Shown piece by piece: positions 26,617 through 39,451 of a stretch of 64,000 nucleotides of DNA. A program made the position numbers and the translations under genes. The notes under the pieces are model-generated. The model did not search any database, was not told the DNA's origin, and saw only the letters and a program-made list of their open reading frames with translations. The stretch is taken from NCBI GenBank assembly GCA_025603075.1, contig MU626316.1:1-64000 (forward strand), written 5' to 3'. The stretch's first letter is position 1; each line of letters begins with the position of its first letter. The DNA is from Neoconidiobolus thromboides FSU 785 (taxonomy: Eukaryota; Fungi; Entomophthoromycota).

Positions 26617-26656
26617 ATAGTGTGAAATATCGCTTTGTCAGCCCCACGGCTAATTA
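26617..26656 (-). repeat. 40-bp inverted repeat, right arm
   Basis: ATAGTGTGAAATATCGCTTTGTCAGCCCCACGGCTAATTA. Confidence 0.85.
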
Positions 26657-27039
26657 TAGTTTTGGGACTAACTACCCCCTCCTATGCAGCTATTTATTAA
26701 ATTAGCAATATATTAGTAATGCAATTATAACACTAAAATGATTTATTATTTGACAGCAAATCTGAAATTTTAGTTACAAAGCAATCAATAATAGATATTT
26801 CTTAATAAAGTTTTATAAGAGTATATATTTATTTACATACTACAACTTTGATTAATATCAATATATAAGTTATACTGGTAAAAGCCTTAGTAATCTGGGA
26901 ATTTCGATTAAATTTAATAGAAGTTCTGCTAACTTGTTATAATAAAATAATTTAAAGTCGTGTCAGGTACTTTTATCTTTTAGTGAAGAATTTATTTTTA
27001 CAGAATTTTAAGCAGTGTTTTTAAATATGAAATGTTCAA

Positions 27040-27745
27040 AAATTAGATAAAAGAATGAAATCAATTCGGACACCCCCATATTGTTAAACAAACTGCCATA
27101 AATAGGCAAAAAATTACTTATTATAGAGACTATTAAGGACTTGAAACAGTCTATATAGATTGCTAAAACAAAAATAAACATTTAAAGACCAGATAGTGTG
27201 AATTATTACCTTAAATGCCTTGATAACGCTCTTGTATACCATCATATTGATTTAATTGTTAAACATAGAAGAGGATCTCTCATGGTATGAAGTTACATGT
27301 TGTAGGAAGCCATTGTTCATAAATACAAAATATAAGATAAAATGGATGCTAATTTATATTGTAAGATACTCGACATACTATTCAAAGATACTACTGAATA
27401 CTCGAGTATGGAGGTTGAAAACTTTATTTTTTAGCGGGATAATAGCCTCAAGTATACTTTCAAGCTTGCCAGATTATAGCTCAAAGGCAATGAAATTAAA
27501 GTGTTACTATACCCAGCTTAATCTCCTGGTTTAAACCCAATCGAGTACCTTTGGCATGAGTTAAAACTGAAAATTTCCTGTTACAAGAAAAAAGCAACAA
27601 ATGCGTAAGAACTATCGGAAAGATATGACCATGAATGGAATAAGTTTATAGTAAAAACATGTCCCAAGTATATAAAAACAATACCAGTACAAATAAGAAC
27701 GCTTATAAAGTAAAAGACGGCCCAACAAGATATTGTGGAACTTTA
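27040..27745 (+). mobile_element. Decayed Tc1/mariner DDE transposase relic
   Basis: GSLMV*, FIF*RDNSLKYT, LLYPA*SPGLNPIEYLWHELK, EWNKF...CPKYIKTIP, matching Tc1 WPAQSPDLNPIEHLW; multiple stops. Confidence 0.85.
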
Positions 27746-28661
27746 CCAGAAACTGTTTGAATGTTAGTGTTTCACTCAAAATTTAATTGCCCTGCAATCA
27801 GATGACCAGTGATATTATAAGTTATACAATTCGATAAACCAGTCAACATTTTCCAAGTACACAAAACTTTCTCATAATTGATTATCTATTAAGTTGGTAA
27901 ATAAGCACTAGATATAAATTGAAAAAACATTTGGGCAGCTTATGGGACTACTATAGGATCATAATCCCAGTTGTGTAGCTTTAAGATTTACTTGGTTAGT
28001 GCTACTTTCGTCAAGGTTTACACGCACTTGATCCTTAAATCACTGGATCTTTCAACCTTCTATGTATACTTGAAGACGTTTTTAGTGAACTGATCAAACT
28101 TCGATACATTTGTTATCGCAAGGATCTTGCGTAAAGCTTTTTTAAAGTATATTGTTAATTTTACCTATCCAGGTATCAGCTCATAAGCTATACTGTTAGG
28201 GCGAACGCTTTGTACTATACCAAGGTAAATAAAAGTATAGTATAAAGGCATACTGTAACATTGTTATAAATTAGATATAAAAATACAAAAATACTCCTAT
28301 CAAATTGTTCTTTATTTCAATTATCTAAAGTCTTATAGGGCTAATAAATTGCCTTATAGATCCTATAAATAAATACGAATCTCGGTTATCTATGTTTTAG
28401 TGAAATTGACTGATTTGTACTGGTTAGCATTAGCGTTAGAGAGGATTAGGTCTAGAACTATTATGTTTTATTGGTAAATAAAACAACCAGTTGTAGCCAC
28501 TTATAAAGGATATAGAACTATAAACTCCATGGAAATATATGAAAATATAACAACAATAAAATACAAAAATAATATAAACAATTTAAATTTTATTTTATTT
28601 TACTTTATAAATTTTTACTAAGAATTATGTGAATATGCATAAGTAGAGGGGTATTTATTTG

Positions 28662-29831
28662 TTACAAAGATTTAATGAAACTATTAGTAATACGTTGATT
28701 AACATCATCCACTTGATCCAAAGTATCTAACTTAATAGAGTTATCATTATTTTCAGTATCCGTTTGTTCATTTGAGGTTGAGTTTCTCTTTTTGATTCTA
28801 AAATAAACGATTTTAATTGCAGATTGTACTGTTGGATCAATACAAAAAGCAAGAAAATTCAATATACCAGCAAAAGGTAATACAATTAAAGACCATTGAT
28901 CTAAAGCTATACTTTCGCCATCCGTAAGATCATAATAAAATTGAGAAATTATTCCAGGAAATTGACAAAATATCATAATTGATGGATATAACAAACTAAA
29001 TTATATATTAGTTAATTGATTAATAGTAGCAATAGTAACAAGTTGACTTACATTCTATAACCTAATAGTTTAATTGTATTAATACATTGAGTAGAATTAG
29101 TTGACTCCGTATTTAAATTATTTTTAAAAAAATTCAAGCTTTTTCTTAATTTAATAAATACCATAGTAACTGCAATAATTAGATAAATCAAACACAAAAA
29201 GCGCCAAAGTTGGTTTGCATAAAAATCTAACATTTTACCATAATACAATCCATATTCACTATCTGCAATATAACATCCATAATATTCACTATAACCTAAT
29301 AAACCCATAGCTATATTATTATTAGTACAATTGCGAATAGAAGCAAACTAATAATTTACCTAAAGGGGGTATTGAAATTAATAAAGAAAGAGTAATAGGT
29401 ACAACCCAATAACCAACTTCCACCCATCTTGTAATTGTTTTGTTATGAATAAATATTAATTGAAGATTTAATGCAATAGATACGTTTAAAAAAGCATAGA
29501 GTATATTAAAAAATAAAGCTAAATAGCCACGAGAGGTACAAGCAATACCTGGTACTGCTGGTGATATCGATTTCCATAATGCTCCACCATGTAACCATAT
29601 ATCATAAACAGATAAACCAGTTTGTAATCTTAAAGATACTCGATCAACTAGTTTACGATCATAGATTGCTAGTAGGAATTAGTAAAAGATTGAAGTATGA
29701 TAGCTTATTTCCTGCTTACATATTACTATCATAAATAATACAACTATTAGAGCCATTATTCCAGATATTATCGAGACATTCGGATAATAAACAGAACTTA
29801 AATATATGGATGTTGGACTTGGTTCACTCAT
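28662..29831 (-). CDS. 7-TM G protein-coupled receptor-like protein, paralogue A
   Basis: Seven hydrophobic segments, DRVSLRL in ICL1, Cys at the top of TM3 and in ECL2, GILNFLAFCIDP in TM7; GT-AG introns. Confidence 0.85.
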
Positions 29832-30870
29832 TTTAATATTAATTTACTAAAAAGCAAAGTTTTAAATTTCTCATCACAAGTTTATATACATTTCTTATTC
29901 TTTAATATATTTAAAATTATCAAAATTATTATTATTATTATTATTATACAAATTAGAGATGATAACAAAGTAAATCTAAATTAATAATTGTTGTTATTAT
30001 TACTTGTTTTTATTCTTTTTAAATTTGGTTTTTCCTCCATTTTTATTAATATTTTTGTTTGAGTTTTGTTTTTACTTTTTTAAATTTGAGTTTATGTAGA
30101 ATGACATAATAATATAATGCAAGCGTTTCATAAATGCTTTGGTAGCTAGATTTATTAAAATATCTTTTTTATCCTTATATGACTAAGGTATAGTTTTATA
30201 AAACTTTTAAAAATACAATATTTAATAAAAGTAAAATTTTTAGTAATGTCATCTAGTAATTCTAGTTCAAATCCAACTATTAAATTTTATTTATCTACAA
30301 CATTTTTTAAATGATATATTAACAAATATTTCATCTTTTAAACACACGGAAATAAAAGAGGATTTATTCTTTTAAAAATAGTACTCAATTTTGTGTAAAC
30401 TACAATATAAATTCAGGGTAACTATAATTAATATAACAATTGATATTGTATCATTACTCTTTTATTAAACTATAAAAATTTAGTTATATATTATAAGTTA
30501 TAATGATGACTTTACTATTTACATACTATTCTTTTTTAACTTTATAAATTGACTCTATGTCTGAATCTAAGTTATGATTAAATGAGCAATTTTAATCGAA
30601 GGAACAAAAGTAATATGTAGGAAATAAAGTAATAATTCAATGAAATAAAAATCCCAGTGAAGAACAAATATATTAATACAATAATCATTCTATATTAATT
30701 ATGCATCTACAAAATTAACAAAACCATCTAATGCACCTTGATAATAATTAAGCATAATAAAAAAACAATTATCATTTTCATTTATTTCTATCTTTTGTTG
30801 CTATATAAATATAATCAACCAAAATTATTTTAAAATTCCAGAAGTTAATTGAAATTCATTGATAACTAAA

Positions 30871-32175
30871 ATGAATCAACCATCCACATTTGCCATGTTT
30901 TTAGTTACTGACTATTACCCCATTGTATCTAGAATTTCACTTGGATTAGCCCTTTTAGTCATTTTATTTATGGTAGCCATATGTAATTCTTTTTATTTTC
31001 CAAATGTTATATACTATTAACTCAATGTTGCTTACTAATCGTTACTAACCTATGGTATGAATCAGCACTAATTTCTATTTTTATAGCAATATATGACTTC
31101 CGGTTAGTTGATCGAGTATCTTTAAGATTACAAACTGGTTTATGTGTTTATGATGTATGGCTACATGGGGGAGCTTATTGGAAATCGATATCACCAGCAG
31201 TACCAGGTATTGCTTGTACCTCTCGTGGCTATTTAGCTTTATTTTTTAACTTATTTTATGCTTTCTTAAATGTATCGATTGCTATTAATCTTCAATTAAT
31301 CTTTCTTAACAATCAAATAATTACTACCAGATTGGAGGCTTGTTATTGGCTACTTCCATTAATTCTCGCATTATTAATTTCTATTCCACCATTAGGTAAA
31401 TTGACTTAAATTATTTTTTTCAAAATGTTCTCAATAACTATAGAATAGCCTTAGGTTTATTAGGTTATAGTGAATATTATGGATGTTATATTGCAGATAG
31501 TGAATATGGATTGTATTATGGTAAAATGCTAGATTTTTATGCAAATCAAATTTGGCGCTTTTTATGTATGCTTTATTTAATAATTATTGCAATTATTGTT
31601 GTATTCAAATTGAATCAAGGTGCTACTTTGATAAAGACACATAAATATTTTCGTAACACAAAAACATCTAAAAAGGCAGAAAATAGTGTGAGAATTTTAG
31701 CATATAGAATGTAACTTTTTATTTAAATTTCATCTTTAATTGTTGATAATTTTTATTTAGTTTATTATATCCTTTAGTTATGGTATTTACTCAATTCCCT
31801 GGTATTATTTCTCAATTTTATTATGATCTTAATAGTCAAGAAAATGAAGCTCTAGATCAGTGGTCTTTGTTAGTATTACCCTTTGCGGGTACATTAAATT
31901 TTTTAGCTTTTTGCTGTGATCCAACAGTCTATTCAGCAGTTAAAAAAATTTACCTAAGATTAAAGTATAAATATTTCACAAGTAGAAGGATTGAAGAAAA
32001 TAGTAATTTATTATTATTATTATTATTATTATTAATTTTATTGATTTTTTATATAGCTGAATTTGATTATAATGAACATTCTTCCGATACTTGTATAACA
32101 ATTACTAACCCAGAAGCTTCTCAATCAATAGCTACTGCAGATACTATGGTTTCTAACTTTATGAGAAGATTATAA
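30871..32175 (+). CDS. 7-TM G protein-coupled receptor-like protein, paralogue B
   Basis: Same exon structure and motifs as paralogue A; divergently oriented. Confidence 0.85.
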
Positions 32176-32750
32176 ATATATGTTTGAATATATTAAATTA
32201 CAATAATTTTAAATTGTTTTAAAGATTTAGAAAAAGAATAAGTTTTAATCTTAATTTGACTTTTTTGTAACATTTACTAATTTTGGATTATAATTGAATT
32301 TTTTTGAGTTTATCAATTAAACTAGAATCCCTCTTTAACACTTAAAAGAGGTAGTTTTCAGGTGAAATTTTATTAGGAATAAAATATTTAGATAATAGGA
32401 TTGACTAAGCATAAGGCAATGCTTTCTCTCCTTTTGGGATCCTTATCCAGACAAAGTTTATAAAGAAATAGCTATCAGATGGATGAAAGCTTCTAAGAGG
32501 AATCAAATTTATCTTAGAAATTAAAATAAAGAAGTTAAAAGTTAAAGTTTTACAATTATATCCTTTAAAATCTTAAAGTGACGAAGCTTCCAAGTACTTT
32601 ATCAATTAAAATACCAACATCTATAAATTAGATCAGATGGTATATGGGGTACTAAGAGAAAGATAACAGATAGAAGACGATACTATGTAGATGGTAAAAG
32701 ATACTCAACTTTAATAACGCTTGTTTTTGATTTAAATAGGTGGTTATATA

Positions 32751-32851
32751 TGAGGATGTGTTTTTTGTTTAAGGATTTTACTAACAACCTTTCCATCCAA
32801 ATAGTGCTCAAAAAATGGAAAAAGTGATGAAATCAAAAAAAAACATCCACA
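32751..32851 (+). mobile_element. MITE copy 8
   Basis: Flanks TA/TA. Confidence 0.85.
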
Positions 32852-35467
32852 TATTATAGCTTGGAATTGAACTTTTTATAAGGCTACCTACATATGAAAC
32901 AATGGAAGTAGCTGCTTTAGATGAAGTTCCTTAGTGATTAGCTGAAAGTATGGTATATGTGGAGTGAATGATCCTAAGACTTGTAGCTTTGGGGAAGGTT
33001 TATAGTAATAGAAGAAATGAAAGGAATGTTTGTATATTTTTCTGTTATTAAAGTTAAATTAATGTTTAAAAACACTGACACAATAAATAGTCAAAAATCC
33101 ATGTGAAAATCTTATAAGTTATTGCTAATTAAACGAGATTCTATAAGATTTAAAATATTGGTATTTTTTTAAAAAAATAAACAATTGACATAACATGTAA
33201 TCAAATACAATCATATGTTGACTGAAATTCAGTAGCAGAAACTTATTTTTATGAGCAATGATTTTAATGCCAAGCTTTAAGTTAGTTGGCTATAAACAAC
33301 ATTTCAATTGAAACAGAAAAATTAAATCATTTTAATGGGGGAATTTAAATAACGGAAATTTTGTGTAGCATTTGATCATGAAGTTAAGCAATAATTTGTA
33401 GACAATGTAGCAATGAAATATCATTACGATTTGCATAAAGTAGAAAAACAAGTTGTATATAAAGCATCATAACTGTCAACACTTGAGAAAAGTTAAATTT
33501 TAATATAAAGGATTTTGTTACAACCTCATTTCTTTATAAAATCACTTTAAACTATGAAGTTTATAATTAACACTCTCATTTAAAAAGATTACCTTAATAA
33601 TGGATACTAGCTTAAATGATACCAGATTAACTGTAAACAACATTTATGTTATTTGAATTTATAACAAAAGCCAGTGTAGTTTGGACTATTTATGAAACAT
33701 TTCAAAAAAATAAAGATTTAGCAATTTGTTTACCTTAATAATAATAATCCTTAAAACTTATCTAAAAATAATAATTGTTTTTTTGAAATCACAAGTACAG
33801 TTGGTTCTACTACTTTTACAACTACTATTTTTTTATTAGTATAAAACCAAATTAAGTTGATTAGAACAATTAAATTGGGGTTCTTTTCAAGGGTCGCTAT
33901 AAGTTGTAAGGTTAAAGCATTGGTGGCACTGATGACTTTAAATTAAAATTGGGCTTGATAGTAAAGTTATATTTATACTCTTACTAAACTTAGGATAATA
34001 ATGTTACCTTTTATAAAATACTAAAAATTATCATAATGACTTCTGAAAATTTAAGAGAGTTGGGCATTCATTGAAACCTATTTCTATATATAAAAATTCG
34101 TATGAGAAAATGAATTGATATTCGTAATTTAATACGTGTTGGACTTAAATTATTATGTTTAATTCTTAAAATGAACATATTCTTGTATGGTTAATGCAAT
34201 AACTATGTTGAGTCAAATTTTTTTATTAAATGTTATAGAATAAATACCTTGCATTAAACAATTAAGTGGTAAGGACTCTTAAATTAATTATATTTTGATA
34301 AGTATATTTTCAAAATCCTCTAATAAAAAGATATCATTTTATTGGATAAAAGGCATTAGCTATCTCCTAGTATAAGCTAAAAAATGTTGAAAAATGGATT
34401 CATCCTCGTTTTATTAATTTTTTTAAGTATATTTACTCTTATTTATAGCGCAAGATGACAGTTAAAGGCGAGGTGACAATAATTTTCATATGATCTTGAC
34501 CCCAGTAACTCACAGAAATTTATTTTGACTTGTTTGCATAATTATTAGGATTATACAATTAAACGTCCTTTGGTAAGAATAATAATATACGAATGGCTAT
34601 ATTATGATGATATAATTTCATGTAATATCATCATACACTTAATTGTTTAAATGTTTTAGCTAACATAAGTTATTTGAATTAAAAACTTTAATTATAAAAT
34701 CGGAAGTTGGCTTTAAAAATAATAAATCATCATTACTATTTTAACAAATGAAAAGTAAGCTGGTCCCTTCTAATTAGCTAAAATTAAGGAAATTATTTCA
34801 TACTTTATCGATATGATCGAATTTGGTTTCAATTCGGAAACTTGATCTCGAAAGTTGCTACTGTGATTCATAATCAATTTTACTATCCAAAAATACCATA
34901 ATTTACACCTTTTCATTTCTAAATAAGAGCTAATTAATTAAATGACTCGCAATATGATTTCATAGTTAACCAATCATTATTGACCTAAAACCAAAACAGC
35001 TGTTTGGATTAAAGTATGATATAGTTAGTAACAAATGAAATCGAGCCAAGACGAGTATGGGTAGAAGATCTATGAATTCATAGTTATGACTTCATATTCA
35101 CAGACTATGCATATTTTTAAGTAGCTTGAGTCAAAATAAAGTATTAAAATTAAATAAGAGAACGTTTTGATAAAAGATATAAATACTGGAAAGAAGAAAA
35201 AAATATCAATTTAGATTTGAAAATATTTTAACCAAAAAATAAGATATTAATACATTAAGGTAATTTATTAATTCTCAAAAAATGCAGAATGATAAAAAAC
35301 CTGTCTTATTATTCCTGTTTATACTCCTAATTAAGGAATAGTTGGCTTATCATTATTTCATATACCCAATGAAAAGGCGCTATAAAAGAGAATATCGAAT
35401 AGTATTCTAATTTTTTTATTTTAGGAAAAAATAAGCAGTGCTTTTATAAACCAGTAGAATAACGATA

Positions 35468-36253
35468 ATGCTTACTTCTTCCCAAAAGCTACCATTAGGT
35501 AAATGGATACTATAAAATCAAGGCTCATTTTCTAACTTATTATAGATAATTATAATCAATCTAGTCAATTAGCTCATTACCAATATCACAGTGGACCCCA
35601 GTATAGTACATTTCCTCTTCAAGTAGATAATAGTTATATGATGCACAATCAAGTTCCCCCTAGTATGAATACACAAGGGGCATACTCTCAATCAGATATT
35701 GATGATAGGTTTAGACAAGTTACATTTAATCAACAACAACAAATGGTTAATATGGCTCCGCCTCAACAAAATAGTACTTTAGTAGGAGTACCATATAGCT
35801 CCACTCAATACATGCAACCAAGCTCAGATCAAGCTGGGTTGCAATCCAGATTTGTAGCTAATCAGTTTCCATTCTTACAAACTGGTACTCGTAAAGGTGG
35901 AGGTGGAAGAAAACGTAAACCTATCGATAACTTGGATGAGAAAAAGATATTGTTCTTGGAGCGTAATAGACAAGGTAGGTTTATGTTGTGATTTGTTTAA
36001 AGAATATATACTTATAGTTTTAGCTGCACTCAAATGTCGCCTTCGAAAGAAAAAGAATCAAGAAACAATGATGCTAAAGTTCCAACTACTTCAGCAACAA
36101 AATCGACAATTAGAGATTACCCGTGATAGTTTAAATCAACAAATTCAAGAACTCACTTCCCTACTTAATCATCATCAATATTGTCCAGTATATCAAAATA
36201 ACATTCAAGGACTAGCGAATGCACCACCTCAAAATGAATTAAGTCAAAAATAA
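35468..36253 (+). CDS. ATF/CREB (Atf1-type) bZIP transcription factor, 3 exons
   Basis: DEKKILFLERNRQ|AALKCRLRKK basic region, leucine zipper, terminal LLNHHQYCPV motif. Confidence 0.9.
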
Positions 36254-38950
36254 TCTACGTTAATTAATGACGACTATTATGATATGTAACTACTATTCTA
36301 AAAATATAATAAGAGGATTAATTATAGTGGTAGTTAAAATTATATGATTTATATTCGTCCTGTACTATTTCCTGCTCCAGTTCTCATTTTTAAGTTGTAT
36401 TTATTGTTAATAAAATATCTATTTCTGGACTATTTAATTACATGACATTATTCTTTAATACGGTATTATCTTTGTACTATGCCATATTGATTTATATACT
36501 GTATATATTTTTCTGTTTATATATCTCACATAAAACAAGCTAATAATTACGCAAGCTCTATACTGGTTTCACTATCAATTTTTTAATAATCCTAATTTAT
36601 CAACAAACTATCTGGTAAGCTGTAGAATAATAGCTTAATTTGATATAATACTACTACACTGCCTAAGCCACATTCCCCTCAAAAATGATTTAAAGATGTA
36701 CTAAATTTATCCGAACTCATACAATGAAAATATAGCTTGTTCTTTAAAATAAATCTTTATCAAACTTAGATTAACATTTAGTTCAACCCTTTAATTTAAA
36801 TATGCTATCAATATTAATTTTGGTCATTACTACAATGCAAATAAATAATCCATTCTCTTGCGTTATTGTTTTAAATTTTAATCCATCATATACTTTATTA
36901 GCTAATTCGGCCTAGGCTATGTTTCAAAGCTGATATTTAGTTGTAATGGTACATTATGTTTTAAAATAAGCTTCTCTCCAGTGTAAAAATATAGCCTCAA
37001 AGAACAAAACCCACACCTTTTGAGTAATGAATTTTGATAATTTTTTTGAAATAATTCATTTTAATCCTTATATTAGCTATTGTAATTATAGGACTGTTTT
37101 AATATTATAGCAGTAGTCGTAGTTAATTCAAGCATTACACTAGCATAAAACTATTGTATTTTTGTCCTTGGGGTTATTCTTTAGCTATTATGGTATTTGT
37201 GAATGTCCTTTTTGTTTCATAAATTGGCACATTACTCAAGTAATATAAAATTTAAATACTATTAGTTAATCCCAATACAAAAAACATTTTCTATTGAAGT
37301 TTTTTTTTATAATGTATAGGATGTTATTTTACATAAATTATAAATATTGTCTAACTTTCTGTTAGCATGAAATTAAAAAAGACATTCCCCCATGATAAAT
37401 TATAATTCTTTATTGATATTATTTGATTTATCATAATTTGAAAATAAGATAATTTTTTATTTAACTTTTTGTTAGCTTGTTTATAAATTATTTTTGTAAC
37501 ATTTAGAAAAATAGTTATAGTCGGAAACATTGTCCACTTTAGATTACTATTATAAGCAATATTATTAATTATACAATCTATACTTTACTTTAAATTTAAT
37601 ATGGTTTTCTTGCACTATATTATACCATCCAAATGAGAAGTTATAATTTAATTTGCTTTTATATAAATAAAATGTCTCAAAACGGATACGTCAATAGAAT
37701 CAAATATCTTCAATGTTATATTATAAGCTCATAATATTATTTAGATTTTTACTCTATTTCTATATTTTTGAAAAAATAATGCTAGCAATTACTACTAATA
37801 TAATAGAATCATAAAAATATAACAGAGGTGGGGATTTTAGAAAACTATTAGTTGTTATCAATCCTGTCATTGCTCAAGCAAGTTCAATTTAATCTGGTCA
37901 TTAAACACTAATGGCTCTTCCTTTAAATATTTTTTCCTGATAATGATGATTTTCGGCTCTTTTATTTCACTATTGGTGGAATTCAATTACCCCCAAGAAA
38001 CTGCTACTGAGGATTTCTCAGACCTTAAACTTATCTACAGGATGACCTTTTGAAATTCAATTTCTTTGTTCAATTATGGTTAGTCTTCATTTTCTGTTTT
38101 TTGCATAAAATCTTCTGTTGCCTTTAGCCTAATAAAGATTTAAAAGACAAAATAGTTATAAGTTACCATATGACATCATATTTTAAAATACTTTGTAATA
38201 TCACATTCAACTGGATCATAAAATCGAATTTTAATTCCATTTAGATCTATTTAGAATACCATGTTACCTTATCTTAATTTACGGAGTTTATTAAATATTT
38301 ATGGGTGCACTCCGAAGCAAATTTCTGGTCTTACTACTGATTCAATTTAAACATGACTAAACTTTTAATTTATTATTTGATTCACTTTAAGATTCTGATA
38401 ATAATAGTCTTTGATACTATTGTTGAATTTTTAAATAAAAGCAATGACAGATTAAAAAGTTTGAGGTTACATTAAATTAGATCAATAATAAAAATGTCTT
38501 TAAGTATAGTTATAATTCCAAAAGACCTGCTTTAAGCATTAGTTAATTTACTTCAAGGATAAGTTTTATAACATATTAATAACTTGCAGACAATTGTGAT
38601 AAATTCATTAAATGATCTGCCCTTAAAAATCAATAATTAAAATGATTTTCAGAAGGTCAACTAAAATGAAGTGTTATAAGGCCAATCCCAAGAAGCAAAT
38701 ATATATTGTTGAACAATTATATATCAAATGTTCTAACTATACACTTTAAAACTTATTAGTATATTATTTAAGATCAAAGATGATCTTTTTATTCTAATGA
38801 ACGTTTAATATAGTCAACCTGAACGAACTTTAATTCACCATCTAAATAAAAGTAATAAATGAAGACAATGGGCTACAAGCATTAGGTATAATCATTATTT
38901 AATATTTATTAGGGGATATACATTAAATGCAAAAATTAGGTACAAATTAA

Positions 38951-39451
38951 TTAATGGTTATAATAGGCTAAGGAGAGTAAAAGGCCTGAAGATAAGAAAA
39001 AGGCTGGGGCTTGAGAGGAAGCACTAGATCCTTTAACAGCAGTCTGTTTACCATCAGCACCAGTAGTACTGCTAGAGTTAGCAGAACCACTTGAACTACT
39101 ACTATCAGGTTTTTTGCTGGAATCTGGGTGGTTTAAGTAGATATCAGCAATACATTTTTGACTACATTTAGAGTATTCTTCAGCATTGCTCTTATCGCAT
39201 TTGGCTACACAGTCATTAGTATTTTGGGCTTGGGTACCACTTGGGTTTGGAACATTGTTGCAGCTGGCTAAGCAACCAAGATCTCCATTACATTTCTTTT
39301 CTTTAACACATTTGGCAGCTTCTGAATCTTCAGCAGTTTGTTGAGGTTTGACACTACTGCTAGTTTCAGTTGACTTGGCATCGTCCCTTCTTTCGATGTT
39401 AGCAGCTAAGATGGTACTGATTGAGGCAAGAAGAATTAAGTTAAATTTCAT
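38951..39451 (-). CDS. Small secreted, probably GPI-anchored Cys-rich protein
   Basis: Signal peptide, 8-Cys domain (CNNVPNPSGTQAQNTNDCVAKC), Ser/Thr tail, hydrophobic C-terminus. Confidence 0.85.
   Translation of the reverse strand: MKFNLILLASISTILAANIERRDDAKSTETSSSVKPQQTAEDSEAAKCVKEKKCNGDLGCLASCNNVPNPSGTQAQNTNDCVAKCDKSNAEEYSKCSQKCIADIYLNHPDSSKKPDSSSSSGSANSSSTTGADGKQTAVKGSSASSQAPAFFLSSGLLLSLAYYNH

Noticed and set aside
36980-37230. Possible third GPCR remnant (YFCPWGYSLAIMVF)
   Set aside because: A single hydrophobic stretch among stops; insufficient evidence
37316-37393. Possible 20th, highly decayed MITE copy
   Set aside because: Only the ends resemble the consensus; the interior does not align
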